Under the pieces are notes generated by a model. It was not told the DNA's origin. It saw only the letters and a list, made by a program, of their open reading frames with translations, and searched no databases. A program made the position numbers and the translations under genes. From Saccostrea cucullata (lineage: Eukaryota), in NCBI RefSeq assembly GCF_032062105.1, contig NW_026920665.1, positions 62,001-126,000 on the forward strand: a stretch of DNA of 64,000 bases, read 5' to 3'. This document shows positions 14,101 to 26,800 of this stretch, one piece after another; positions within the stretch are counted from its first letter, which is position 1, and each line of letters begins with the position of its first letter.

Positions 14101-17001
14101 AACTATATGCGGTATTAACCAACATTTGCCCCCAAAATCAAACTTTGATGGAGTAATATTTAATTAAGTCCTTAAACAGGGGAGTATATGCTGACATCAA
14201 AGCACTGAATAATTTCATAAGTAATGACGTCATATGTACGTAATGACGTCACAAATATGACGTAAATTTCAGTTTTTTATGAATTTTGCAGAAAAATGTA
14301 CATATTTCGTCGATATTTTAAAGAAAAGTCACCGAGCGCATGTGTGTTCAGGATAAATATTTTGATATAATGTGTAGAATGATAATATCAATGAAATATG
14401 TCAATATTGTTCCTGAACACACATGCGCTCTATAAATTTTAAAGCTTAAATTGTTGAAATTTTGTCCATTTTGTCCTCTTTCTAAAAAAGAATATTAAAT
14501 CAGACTAGTTTGTGACGTCACAAAAACAGAAATTGTGAATACACTGCTCTGGAACTATAATATTTTCTGTTAATTTATATTTCTCGTACAATTTATTGAA
14601 TTCAGCACATTTCAGGAAGTTTTCAAAATTTGACTTTTGTGGGGGCAAACATATGCAATATACCGCATATAGTTCTTTAAAGATGTGGTCCCCTAGAAAT
14701 GCAGGTTAGAGATATGTAATAATATTTGATATGGAGATAAGCTTTTCTGTTTTCCCTTTAATTAATATAGTAGGTCATTGCACCTCTTGAAAAAGGTGTT
14801 GGATTCAGAAAAACTGAAATATTTCAGATTAAGAAAAGACTTTTAATACTACATATACATGTATTTACCAAGATCATTTTGCTTTAAGGCATAAAAAATA
14901 AAATATATTTATTTTCACAGAAAAATCCAACATGGTTTCCTAAACCAACAGCAGCAGGAGGAAGAACCAGTGCAGAGAAAACAACCAATCCAGCTACCCA
15001 CAAATCCCCCCAAACCAGAGCGTAGTTTTGCTGAACCAGAACCAAGTGGGCCAACCTTCTCCTCTCCCCCTAGAGAACCCTCCCCTCCTCCCAGGGAACC
15101 TTCCCCACCCCCCAGGGAGCCATCCCCACCCCCCAGGACACCCTCACCTCAGTTGCCAAAGGTTCAGAAGAGTGAGCCCGAACCTCAGCTTCCTCGGGCC
15201 AGGAACCTACTGGCTCAGGGCCTTCCTCCCAGACAGGACTCCGACGAGGAGAACAACAATGACGATGAGTGGGGAGAAGGTAGGGGCCAGTTTTCTCATT
15301 AAACTAACGAAGTTCTTGTATTTATACTCGAGTGAATCATTTCAGATTAATTTAGAGGAAGGTAGAATTAGCTAGAAGTGTTTAAAAGTATTAGCTTGAG
15401 GTTGTCATAAAATGATTTCTAGTTAGAGGTGGAGTAAATATATGATTTTGTTAAAAATCGACTTTTGAGATACTGTGAAATTTTTTTTATCAGGAACCTA
15501 TTCTAATTGTAAGTTGATTTGCTAAAAAAGATAATTTCAAAAAATGCATGAAACATCAAGCTCATCTTATACTCAGTAAAAGTCTTTATACATGTACGTA
15601 TGTATATACTTTCAAGGTGTACCTTTTGTTTCATTATCACATTCTTCTAGATTTTAATTCTTTCTCTGTTTTCAGACTATTTAATATCCTTGCAATAAAT
15701 TTTGATTATGTGAAGTGTGATAATATTCTCTAAGTTCAATTTGAATGACTGTAACAGTAATCTCTATTAAAAAAATGAATGATCTCTACTGTAACATCCA
15801 AAATAATCAGATATTATGTACAAGTATTTCATTCAGAAAAATTATCATTATCATTATAGAATTTATGATATATTTATTTTTTAAAAAATAAAGAAGCACT
15901 CAGGGTTTTACAAAGTTACTTATTCATTCCTTTCTCCATTGGTTTGTCTCTCTTGCACAAAGTTTCTGACATTAATGTGTTTCATTCATGTGTCTTTGAA
16001 AATAGAAACTTGTACATGTATCTCTTATTTATCTCTCCTTATTATCTCCCTTTATTCTCCTTATATCTTTTCTGTTTAATCCTTTACTTTAATATTTGAT
16101 ATTTGTCCAGGGGACGAATATCAATAACATGCAGTAGAATGGGTATTCTCATAATCTGTATTTTTTTTACCTTCCCTAAGATAATGCGGAGGAGTCACAT
16201 ATCCCTGCGGTGGTGTCCCACCCCCCTCCAGACGAGGACCAGTACCCTCCAGAACCATCCCCCACACAGAACGGACATGACCAGTATTACGATGACCAGG
16301 AACAACAGCAGCAATATCACGAGGAACAGAACACGTCCGGGATCCTTCCAGAACATGGGCTGTGTGCCAGGGCACTGTACGACTATCAAGCAGGTACGCA
16401 GAGTTAGGACATATGTGGTATTGTTAGATACACAGGGAATCATACTAGTTGGGCTAGGAGTTTAACCTTTTAGCTTGATCGGTATTCCACTGGATTGGCA
16501 TTCCAAAGGTCCTGGGTTGAAATTCTTTGGAGGCACATACATGTCTCTGTTGCACACAAAATATAGGGAATTTTCACCATGATGAAAGGATCAAACAAGC
16601 ACAATCATGAATGAAGAATATTCACCTTGATAGAAAATAAAGTTTATCATAAATGTACAAAGTGCTTCTTGAAAGAGGCATATTAATTTTTACTCTGTTT
16701 GCATTTATGGCATAGTAATAGGGAAATTGACTTTGCCATGTTTGCCAAAGTAAAAGTTGTCATCAATAATCAATAAATTGATTTTCGTACTTATCATTAC
16801 TCTGAAATATGAATTTTATTTATACGCTGTATTTGCATTGGTTTTATTTTATTTACAGCGGATGATTCTGAAATTACCTTTGATCCCGACCAAATTATCA
16901 CAAACATCGAACAAATCGACGAGGGTTGGTGGACAGGAATGGGACCAGACGGACAGCACGGAATGTTTCCTGCTAATTACGTGGAATTAATTAACGGATG
17001 A
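2181..17001 (+). CDS. DBNL: Drebrin-like protein / actin-binding protein 1 (ADF-H, charged coiled coil, Pro-rich region, SH3), ~563 aa, 13 exons
   Basis: Phase-consistent GT-AG exons: 2181-2263, 4160-4215, 4537-4649, 4904-4978, 5471-5644, 5920-5997, 6209-6295, 8009-8128, 13337-13417, 13764-13873, 14921-15279, 16181-16393, 16859-17001. The N-terminus [35 protein letters not shown]...[17 protein letters not shown]...[14 protein letters not shown] is a drebrin/Abp1 ADF-H domain. The C-terminus [35 protein letters not shown]...[11 protein letters not shown] is an Abp1-type SH3. Confidence 0.96.
2422..3677. mobile_element. Non-autonomous hAT-like element in DBNL intron 1
   Basis: Imperfect TIRs caggcctttcaaaa ... 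ttttgaaagccctg. Flanks tgcatcat(g) and tgcatgat resemble an 8-bp TSD. Confidence 0.5.
4288..4388. repeat. ~100-bp foldback (inverted repeat) in DBNL intron 2
   Basis: tatatataggtctacccctccatac ... gtatagaggggtagaccttatatata, extended by gataagta/tacttatc and aatgac/gtcatt. Confidence 0.75.
6438..6647. mobile_element. MITE with TA TSD (Tc1/mariner-type ends)
   Basis: TA|ctgtatacaaggaaattttcgccc ... gggcgaaataaccctgtatacag|TA, with internal ttttcgccc/gggcgaa repeats. Confidence 0.8.
7181..7230. repeat. Short tandem duplication (2 copies, ~26-bp period)
   Basis: ttactagacagttgcattgagatt occurs twice. Confidence 0.85.
8555..8939. mobile_element. MITE with TA TSD
   Basis: TA|ccatattctccctattaa ... 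ttaatagggagactatgg|TA. Related to 30489-30891. Confidence 0.75.
10001..12975 (+). mobile_element. Non-autonomous Helentron/HINE-like element carrying a ~156-bp tandem array (~9 units), interrupted by a nested element
   Basis: 5' sub-terminal repeat agctctactggt (10005-10016) is inverted at accagtagagct (12939-12950). A (GTCY)n microsatellite lies near the 5' end and a 3' hairpin reads agtctc-gaca-gagact. The anchor caaaatgct recurs at 10106, 10262, 10418, 10574, 10733, 10889, 12457, 12607, 12763. Confidence 0.85.
10984..12396 (+). mobile_element. Second Helentron/HINE-like element nested in the T-run of one 156-bp unit
   Basis: subTIR atacgcccgtc (10986-10996) is inverted at gacgggcgtat (12362-12372). 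It has a 5' IR cccgtc-ttaa-gacggg, a (GTCC/GTCT)n tract and a 3' hairpin tgctgtggcgcggca. The host unit ...tcggttttt|...|ttttgataaacgg resumes after it. Confidence 0.85.
14097..14678. mobile_element. TIR element, possibly a Kolobok-type MITE
   Basis: aaagaactatatgcggtat...atttgccccc and gggggcaaac...ataccgcatatagttcttt. TTAA occurs at the right end. Internal inverted gagcgcatgtgtgttcagga / tcctgaacacacatgcgctc. Confidence 0.75.
15064..15150 (+). repeat. Coding 21-bp tandem repeat (PPREPSP)x~4 in DBNL exon 11
   Basis: Translation [29 protein letters not shown]. Confidence 0.9.
16414..16554 (+). mobile_element. tRNA-derived repeat, candidate solo LTR of a tRNA-LTR TRIM (or a SINE head)
   Basis: Begins tgtgg and ends ctgttgca, similar to the LTRs at 32270-32638. 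Contains A-box-like tagcttgatcgg and B-box-like ggttgaaattc. Flanks are cata/caca. Confidence 0.4.
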
Positions 17002-19174
17002 ACGACGTGCCTTGAACACTTTTATAATGAAGACTGCTGATCTAAATGATGAATAAAAGTTAAGGTTCAATGCCATAGACAGTTTAAAAAATCCATATAC
17101 AAGATAGATTGATTTGAGTGTTTAGGAAATATTGTAATTGATATGTTCAAGAAATTTAAATTTGGAAATTTTTATTGATAAGGGAAAATAAATGGTATAT
17201 ACATGTAAGAGCTTAGCTTTTCTGTAAGATTCGTAGAATTATTCAAATTAATGCAGTGTAAACATGCACGCCAAGCTTTTTATTATACAGTGTACCCTCA
17301 AAGACTGTATGTTTATTCCTGATACATATCAAATACATGTACTTAATAGGTGGTCTATGTTAAATGTTTATTTTTTACACTAAAAAATCATTCAGTGATT
17401 CATGATCAATTGGAAATATTACATTTTGATTAGCTAACAGCAATGGATATTTACTTGTAAACATGTTTTTTTCTTAGTTTTTACATTCTGTATAATCCAC
17501 AAATTTGCTATAATAATCTTACAAAAGCTAGTCCTATTTGTCTCTTGAAAATCCATAATAATAATACTAGATAGTTTTATTTGTAGATTGTTATATAAGA
17601 GTTTTTGTAAATGTTCTAGAGTATTTTGTGTGTAAGTGCTAAAAATTGATTGTATATGGTTTATTTTTCTACTGATAAGTGTAAAGGAATTGTGAGTTTT
17701 TCTGTATTTTTTATAAAACTAGTTTAAGAAATTCAGAATCTGCATGTGGCTAGGAGACTCTAATTAATTAACAGGTATATTAGCAGTTTTTTTTTATATA
17801 TATACTGTTACTCTGTGGAATTGTCAGATAATATTTCAAGCTGCTTCAATTTTGTAAACAGATGATGCATGCTTCTGATTTATCCAGGATTTTAAAAATG
17901 GAATAGTGTACATGCATATACTCACTACAAAATGCCATCAGTTGTAATCCCCAAAATATCCACATTTTACATACATTAAATAATAATATATTTGTCCCAG
18001 ACTATACGCTGTTTTGACATGGGTAAATGTTATTCTCAGCTCAGCTGATTTGCAGAGAATCTTATTTTGTACAGGTGTGTTTTTCATTATGTTAATCACA
18101 GGTATAGTAATGCAATTGATTTTTGTTCTAAATGTTTACAATTTTGAGATGCGTTTTTCACGATTCATAGGTATACAGTGTAAATAAGGGCAACATCCTT
18201 TTATATCAAAGCATATGGCTGCAAGTTTTTTATACATGAAAAAAAGGACATCTTATCAGCATATACATGTATACAAGCTTAATCGTGTATAAAAGTGTTT
18301 GATATAACTTCTACATGTACATGTTACTAACAAAATTTGATATTAGCTTGGAAAAAGAATGAACATAAGAATTATGTATGCAACTGATATCTATAGCTGT
18401 CACCTGATTTTTAACTGAAATAATCCTATACACTGGATATGAATATTTAATAAATTATTTGATAAATTATATCGATTGATTATTCTTTACTCCTCACCCC
18501 ACCCCTCCTCCCACATTAACAAAAGGGGACATACATGTATATGGCTCTACAGTTCATTGTTAGTATGTTGGTTGAAGAAGTGTTGTCCAATCAGTATTTT
18601 GAGAGAATATAACTTCCCTTTTTCAAATTGTTTATTTTAATGAATACTCAGTTGACTCTAGGGCAGAAGTTTGTCCTATGTTCATTGGAAAGAACAGCTT
18701 ATAGAACCACTGTTAAAACATTCATGTTGATGGATTATTGAGATTCATTTATTGACTGAATTCTTTTTTAAAAATGTCTTTTTGAATTTTATTTACCAGG
18801 TATATTCTGTGTCTCTTACATCTGGATGCAAATCAATTCGAATTTTGTAGGATTCTGACCTCGGAGAGAAATGTGGATGTCCTTTTATGACTACTATACA
18901 CAAGTTAAAAAAAAATACAGTGAACTGCATTCAATATTCAAAATAGTTTTATATTAAATTTATGAATTCCAGTAAACATAGGTTAATGAAAGCTTAAAGT
19001 TAAACATGTAAAAAATAAAATAATAATAATAACTTGATCGTCTAGCATCCATTTGTAAAGGTTTTGTTTGTTGGTTTAACTTCCCTTCGATAATTTTCCC
19101 CTCATATAGAGATGCCACCAATTGCAAGTGGAGGGTACAAAATAAGGTCATGTAGACCATCAAAATAAAGGGGC

Positions 19175-19366
19175 TAGTGTAAGGTTTGATTTTAATCAGA
19201 CTGTCATGCCATCACCTAGTCCACTTATAGTTAGATGCACACTATGGTCCTGGAAGAACGACTGGTCTCCACATTATACGGTTGGAACTGAACATGCTAC
19301 CTAGGGATTAATTCCTTATTCCATGACTCTATAGCAAACATTCTGACCACTGCACCAAGTGGGCTT
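19175..19366 (-). mobile_element. Degenerate tRNA-derived SINE-like fragment
   Basis: The minus strand begins gcccacttggtgcagtggtcaga (A-box-like), followed by a decayed B-box region, in a GC-richer patch. Confidence 0.3.
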
Positions 19367-22173
19367 ACCTTTATAAAAGATTATATGAGACACAGACTAG
19401 AATGTAAATATTGATAACAGTTTATTTCAAGATAGCAATTTATTTAACAGGTGCAATGTATATTATAGGTCTCTTTGTTTACAATATAAGTAAATAACAA
19501 AGATAAAAAAAAATTATAGCACTAGAGAAAAAAAATATATGTCCATCATACATTGTTACAGTAGCTTTAATACCTGTATGGTAGAAATATCCTAATAAAA
19601 CAAACACCTACATTGTAGCTAGCACTTTTTTCTGATTGACATATTTATCTGACTTTTATGTAAAACTTTTAACAGGAATATAAAGCATATTCTTGCAATT
19701 AATTTTTGCCAGCACATACATGAATGTATGTTATGATTCTCAGTATCATATAAATCTCTCATTTGACTGCCACTATTTGACAACAAATATTCAAAAAAAA
19801 AAAAAATTGATGAAAAATTGTATTGTCTATATTAACTTATCACTAATGACTTGCATAATTTATAATTATAAATTCAATCAAGTCCATTTCAAAAAATAAA
19901 AAAAGAATTCAATTTGTAGTTTAATATATACATGTATAATACATGTAGTCTCAAATAATATTATCTATTATACATGGAATTTTACTTATAAATGTACAAT
20001 GTATATAAAAGTATAATGCCTCGATCACATATTCATTTGCCCAAACTAGAAAACAGTTAACATACAGACCCTGCAGTGGGGTATGCATTTCTAATGTAAA
20101 GGATAGAGGGAAATGATTGCAATCTCTTGATTTGATGTAAAAGTATGAAAATGGAAAATGAAAAAAATAAGAACCTAAAGATATTTCCAATATATAACAC
20201 ACAGAGATTAAAAGTCTTGAAATATTCTGCTACAGCCAACATGAGTAATTCAACAGAAGGAAAAGGGAAAATTATAGTTATCAATCTTAACTATTAACTT
20301 TTTATTAATAAGAAGAAAATGTTGTGCAAAGGAAGAAATGGAATGTAGATCCAAAGAGTTTATAAAATAAAATTAACTTAATGATCTGTTTTCAACAGCA
20401 TTCTTGTAAACTTTTACCATCTTCCTAAAAGGTATAACTCCAAAAAAAAAGTTTCGCTAACCATATTTCTTATTTACAAAAATCATTAAACTTTCAACCT
20501 TCCAGTATAATCCATGTTTTATACAGTATTTATGAAAACAGAAAATTTGTGGATAAAGAAATTCCTGTGGATCTCTAATTGAAATTTAAAATGTTTGTCA
20601 AAAACTATTGCTTCAGTACACATAATGCATTATAGGGGGGTTAGGGAGCATGCAAAAACCCACACAATGACACATGTACATGCATAAATGTAATAATTAA
20701 CTCATATACTAAACATGTGCAGCATATGTGTTTCCTTACGCTGATAGCTAAAAACATTATAAATTGCAAAACTAAGCAATCCCTTTTAAAAAACAAGCAA
20801 AAATACATGTAACAAAATACTAGTATTTAAAACTTGATAAATTCAAATAAGGTATATAAAATGTTATGATGAGCAAATACATGACTGTGTAATGCCTTTT
20901 ATACAGTCTAGAAAATCTACAGCACATTGCTCTCCCCTTCTGATCATCCCTCACATAGAATTAAGTGTGGAATTACCAGGAATATTCCACACAAACGTTC
21001 ACAATATGGCACCTTACAGGTCAGAATTGTTTCATAATGCTACGAGGCCTCCCACTGTACAATATACAAGTATTAGTGGAAAATTTGGCTGGATGCAAAT
21101 TTAGGGATTTCTCCTTAAAAATTGGCATTCTACTTTTAGCAAGAAGTAATTTTAACAATTTTTAAAATGACTACTAAAGAAGCTATTGCAAATAAAATGC
21201 AATTTATTTTTAGCGATATCAACACCATCGCTAATAATGCCAAAATTAAATCAGCGCTAAAAATTCCGCTTATATGGTACATGTATCTTGAGATCTAGCA
21301 TTTAGAAGAGCATTTACTTCAGCTTTCCAAGAAGTAGAAAACATGAAAAATTTAGACAGACTGTTTTTTTTAATTTAAATTTATAACCCCACATTTTTTG
21401 GACGTAAAAAAAAGACTTACAATCTATAACACTGCATCAAATACAGTAAATAAAAATATTTTCCAGTAAGTTAGTATGAAAGCTATAATTATCGAGTGAT
21501 AAAAAAAATCAGCAGTATTATATTATACATTGTACATAACTCACAAAAAAAAAAGAAGACTGCAATAGTAAATCTATAATTCATCACTTATTGTATGTTT
21601 ACGTGTATTTCTTCATACAAAATAAAAATCTTTACTAGTATATACTACTAAAACTGTTACTCGATCCCTTTCCATCTTGACGAAAAATATATATGTTGCT
21701 ATGTTGTCATATCTCCTAGCTTGTACAGTTTAAAGTAGTTGTCATGACTATTTCGTCAAATATCTTCAAAAATAACATTAATTTTTTGGCTACTGTGAGA
21801 GAAAAATAAAGCTCTAAACTACCTGTAATAACTACTTAATATATTTTGAAAATATACAAATTGAAAGTAACTATAACAGTACTGAAAATAAATTATCTTC
21901 AAAGGAAACAAAATGACACTTAAATAATTGTTAAATATTGAACCCATTTCAAGATGGTGAATGAATCCTTAGCAATACTGAGCACCTTTTATAAACAGTC
22001 TCAGGTGAACAAATAAAATTTTCAACATTCTCAGCACTATTAAGTTTTAATTGTGCATGAATTAAAGATCAATTAGGTTTATACATTGCATATACAGCTA
22101 GGGAAGTACCAATGGCTATATTAAACTAACATCCATATCATAAATTGGTATAAGAACAGTACCATAGTCCATA

Positions 22174-22300
22174 TACTGTAAATCACGTTTTATTCGCGAG
22201 AACTTAATTTTCGCGTAATTACGCGAGACAATGAGCTAATAAAGAGTCAATGAATATCTCGCGAAAATAAGGTGTCGCGAAAATTTAGTGATCTACAGTA
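22174..22300. mobile_element. Short MITE with TA TSD (internally deleted relative of 27299-27510)
   Basis: TA|ctgtaaatcac...ttattcgcgag ... gcgaaaatttagtgatctacag|TA. Shares agagtcaatga..atctcg.gaaaataaggtgtcgcgaaa with the 27.3-kb copy. Confidence 0.8.
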
Positions 22301-22738
22301 CATGTATGTGTAAATCAATTCCAAAATTTGCATAAATGGCACTTCTTAAACATTTTGACTAAAACTATGAAAAAATGGTGTAAAATTTCATCTCAATCTT
22401 TACATTTATAATGTAATAAATAAAATTCAACTAATTAAATACTATTAATGAACTAGCTAATTTGTTGGTTGTTCAATCAGCATGTGAATGCATCAAATGT
22501 ACATATACATGTATGAACAAAATAATTAGCGTATGTTTTGGAACTTGGAAGACATAATTTTTATAAAGTATATGTACATGATTGTATATACATGATTATT
22601 CTTTAGGATAAGAATCAATGTCAAACTGAAAATAATATACAACATATGTACATAACATTTATATCCAACAACCAAAAACTTCTGTGCTAGTTGGTGTACT
22701 TTTGGTTATTGTATAACTGGGTGCAAATGAACTGTTCT

Positions 22739-23279
22739 TTATACATTATTTGTCCACTCGTGTATAACAAAGCATTCTATCATACCTCATTATAATTATT
22801 CTAGACAATGTGTTGTCTGATTGGTTCTAGATTATCATGTGATCGGGCCACAAAACTTCATATTTCCCAGTCCTCGGCATGCTTTTCATCCTATTCCACC
22901 TCTTCGGATACTTAGTGTATTTTCCCACAATACAGTTATCATGCGCTGAAAGAAAACTCCCGAGAGTGGTAGACGCCACAATAACCTGGTTTACCTCACA
23001 AAATTGTTGATTAGTGATGTGTCAAAGGGTTTCAGTAACTTTGCGTTAAAAATGAAAGTGAATTTGATTTTGAAAGTTTATGTTTATTTAATAAAAGTTT
23101 TTGCTTGTTTCAGTATAATAAAGAATTTATTGCATGAATGTTCGGAAAACATGAAGATTTATTCAGCCAAGAAATATCTGCATTTATATTCCCTTCGGAT
23201 AAAACCCTTGGGGAATATGATTTTTCTTGGCTGAATAGGTCTTCATATTTCCCTCACTATCATGCAATAAATGTATAAT
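22739..23279. mobile_element. Possible TIR element in the presumed RING-H2 gene 3' UTR
   Basis: Termini ttatacattatt ... aataaatgtataa. Internal inverted atgaagatttattcagccaaga / tcttggctgaataggtcttcat. Confidence 0.4.
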
Positions 23280-23800
23280 ACCACAATTCAAAATAAATTA
23301 AGATTCAATATCAGTTCATATATAATGTAGACTATTCAGTACACCACCTAAGCATGAACAAAAGAACAAAAGTCCATAATGCCTAGAATGCCATACATGC
23401 AGTGATGTACATGTACAGTATATATACTCATGAACATTAATTCTTTTAACTTCAAGACAGTTAAGTAACACCATATTCACTGTATTGTACTATGATCTAT
23501 ATTGTATACTGAACAAACTAGTACAATACCATGTCATGAAAATGTTAATAAAACATATAACAGAAAAAAATTAATAACTACCGGTACACAAGAAGATAAT
23601 CAATTTAAGCACCTCAAAGGTTGATGTGGACATAAAACAATCCAGAACTGACAAAAACCAAATTAAAAAAAATCAAAACTTATATCTACTTCAACTGACT
23701 CAGAGATATAATAAAACTGCCCATACAATTGCTACTAATCACAAAATATATACAAAATTCAAAATGACTGTAGGAATAACCACAGTTTATGAACATAATA

Positions 23801-26800
23801 TCACACATGGTTGACTTGAGCGGGGATACTCCTGGGGGGTATAGGCAGGGAGACCAGACCTGTTCTCTCTGTAAGGCAGCCTGACTGCACCGGGGCCTTA
23901 CACATTGGACACATGTTCTTATGATGTAACCAATCAAGAAGACATCTGAAGACAAGAGGAAAGGTCATTAATGGGAGGAGTGGTTAGCTCTTTTATTGTT
24001 TAAAATACAGATGTACAAGAAAGTCAGTCTTCAAACTGAACATTTCCCTAATTTCCAATTTCTAAGTGCGTAAAATTTATGTAACTTCCAACAGGAGAAT
24101 ATGCACTTTTTCGTTTAACTTTCAACTCTGTTTTATTTTGTTCTCTTTTGCCCTCATCGTCAGTGGGCCATTTCAAAACCAGGAAATAACACTAGAGTTA
24201 TCTCCCTTTAACACAACTGTGTCTGGTAAGAATTAAAACATTTCAAGTGAAATTGTTTGCAAAAGTGTTGAGACAAAAATGACATATACAGCATAAATTA
24301 CTCTATAATTCTGTTGTGTTCTTGATTACAGAGCTAACTGCAAAACAAAATTTCAAAATGTTCTTTGGCATTTAAAAAAAAAATACAGTGTAACTTGTCT
24401 TATCTGGATGTTATATATTCCCATATCTTGCCACATATGGTCTAATTTTAAGTTCCTTTGAGTTAAATCACTTGTTGCATAGGCGTCGGAAACGGTGGGG
24501 CTAGGGGGGGCTTAGCCCCCCCACTTTTTTTCCAAATATATACTTAGTATTGACTTAGCCCCCCCACTTTTTTTCCAAATGTATACTTATATTGACATTG
24601 AACATTGCTTCGTAGGTTTAGCGCCCCCACTTTTCACAGGCATATCGCAGTACATGTATAGGTAAAAAATGTTTAAAAAATGGTGCATAAGAAAAATTTT
24701 GGTACTGAAGTTCGAATTTCCCCCGCCCCCCCCCCCCCGAAATAGGATTTTCGCGTTGGGTCAATGGTTCTGTTTTCCTTTTTTTTTTGCTTGTCAGGTT
24801 TTTTTGAAAAGGTATAAAAAAAAATTATTTAACACCTAGCCCCCCCACTTTCAATTTGCTTCGGACGCCAATGTGTTGAAAATGTTGTCTAAGCTGGGAT
24901 TTTATCTATTTCGGCCAATTTCTTTGAAACCAGCAGTGTCCAGAATAGACAAGTTTTACTGTAGATGTCTGTTTTTAACTTACTTCATGTGAAAACAGTG
25001 GGTGCATCGACAAACAGCAATGTACTCTTTCAGTTCAAAATCTTCTAAACAAACTGGGCATGTCTATGAAAGAAAATACAGATTACCAGAATCATCTTCT
25101 GACAAATGCCAAATTTTTAGTGCAGAAAAGTACAGGTACAAAATCATAGTACTGTAACTGTATGAAGATTTTGTTACTCATCCAGAACGAGGTCATTGAA
25201 TGAATTTTTTTCTTTCCCTCCCCATCTGTTCATGAAAAAATTAGAGGTGAAAAAAAACTGGCAAAGAGTGCAGATTAAGAAAGGACAACAAGAGGCCTAG
25301 GGTGACATTGCTCATTTGAGCAATGTGGCTAGGAAAAAAGTGAAAATCAAAAAATCAATCAATATATTAAAAAGCTTGTAAATGCATTAGTGATCTCGAC
25401 CTACCTCTAAAGGGTGTGTGTGTGGGTGGGTTATGATTTCGATTAACTTGAATCAACATTATTAAGGATGCTAACATATTTCTTTGAATTACTACCGTGT
25501 ATGTCTTTTTTCCCTCTAAGTTTGAACTATCATTTTTGTCCCATCCTACCTCTGGGGATCATGATTTGAACAAAATTGAATTTACACCACCTGAGGATGC
25601 TTCCATGTAAATATGACTAATGATGCCTTTGTTGTTCTTGAGAAGAAGATTTTTTTCAAGAACCCAGTGGTTCTTGACAAGAAGATTTTTAAAAGATGCT
25701 ATTTATTTTTCACAAATTTTTGATTATCTTCCTTAGGGAGAAGGTATGGCCCTTCATTTAAAGAAATTTAAACCCCTTTACAAAAGGATACTTTGTGGTA
25801 AGTTTGGTTGAAATTGGTCCACTTATTCTGGATAAAAAGTTGAAAATGTGAAAAGTTTACCGACAGACAGACAGAAATGAACAGCTTGACTAATGCCGAA
25901 CAAAATGTGATCAGGAAAGCTCATTTGAGTCTTTGGCTCGGGTGAGCTAAAAATGTTCAACTCTGACTTTTCAGGTTTGAACTTAAAGCTAGGGTCCTTT
26001 CTAGGACTGAAGAAATTCAACATTTCAAAAGCCTACAGAGAACTTATCATCTAAGTATGCAGTATCTAAATTCCTGACTTTGGTTTGGTCTTTTACCTTT
26101 TTACCCTAAAAATGAATAGGAGTCTTTTTAATAAGATAATCATAGTATTTTTTATAAAAGCCCCCCACTTCTGGTTCAAAAGCTAAGGACCAAATTTGTT
26201 TTTGTTAATTTAAAAGTAGGTCAAACTTTAAGGTCAAAGTTGCAAGGTGCTATATCACAGTGTCTTATCAAAGGTAATGCACTTGTAAAATATGAAAGCT
26301 TTATCTTCTCTCATTCATAAGTTGTGAAAAAGATAAAAGATTTTGCAAGAGACAAACAGACTGTCAGATGGATGGGCAGGTATGCAGATGAAAGACTTTT
26401 ATTTGTATACTTTGTCCATCTGTCAGTCTGTGTAGAGCTATAATGACCTGGTGCTTTCTGACAAGTGGCTGACAATAAAATTATGTGAAGTGCATTTGTG
26501 CTTGATATTCTAATAAATGGCTTCTAAATTCATGTTCATATATACATACAATAATACTTACCTCATTTGCTGCCTTTTTTCTACTGTTAAATTGAACCTA
26601 TAATGAATATATAAGTTTATTCCAATTTAAATTAAGTGTGTCAATATAAATTAAGGGGGAAAAAAGTGAATTGAGTATATTTTAATTACTTGTTAATAAA
26701 TTACAATCATGCAATCTGAAACACATTCAACAAATTTTACACTCCCAGTAGTAAAATACAATTTATAGTAAAACATATAAATGTATAATGTATAAAGCTA

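Noticed and set aside
14222-14522. Cluster of TGACGTCA CRE motifs in DBNL intron 10 as a regulatory module
   Set aside because: They lie inside a TIR element, and similar motifs occur in the 55.5-kb transposon, so they are probably subterminal transposon motifs.
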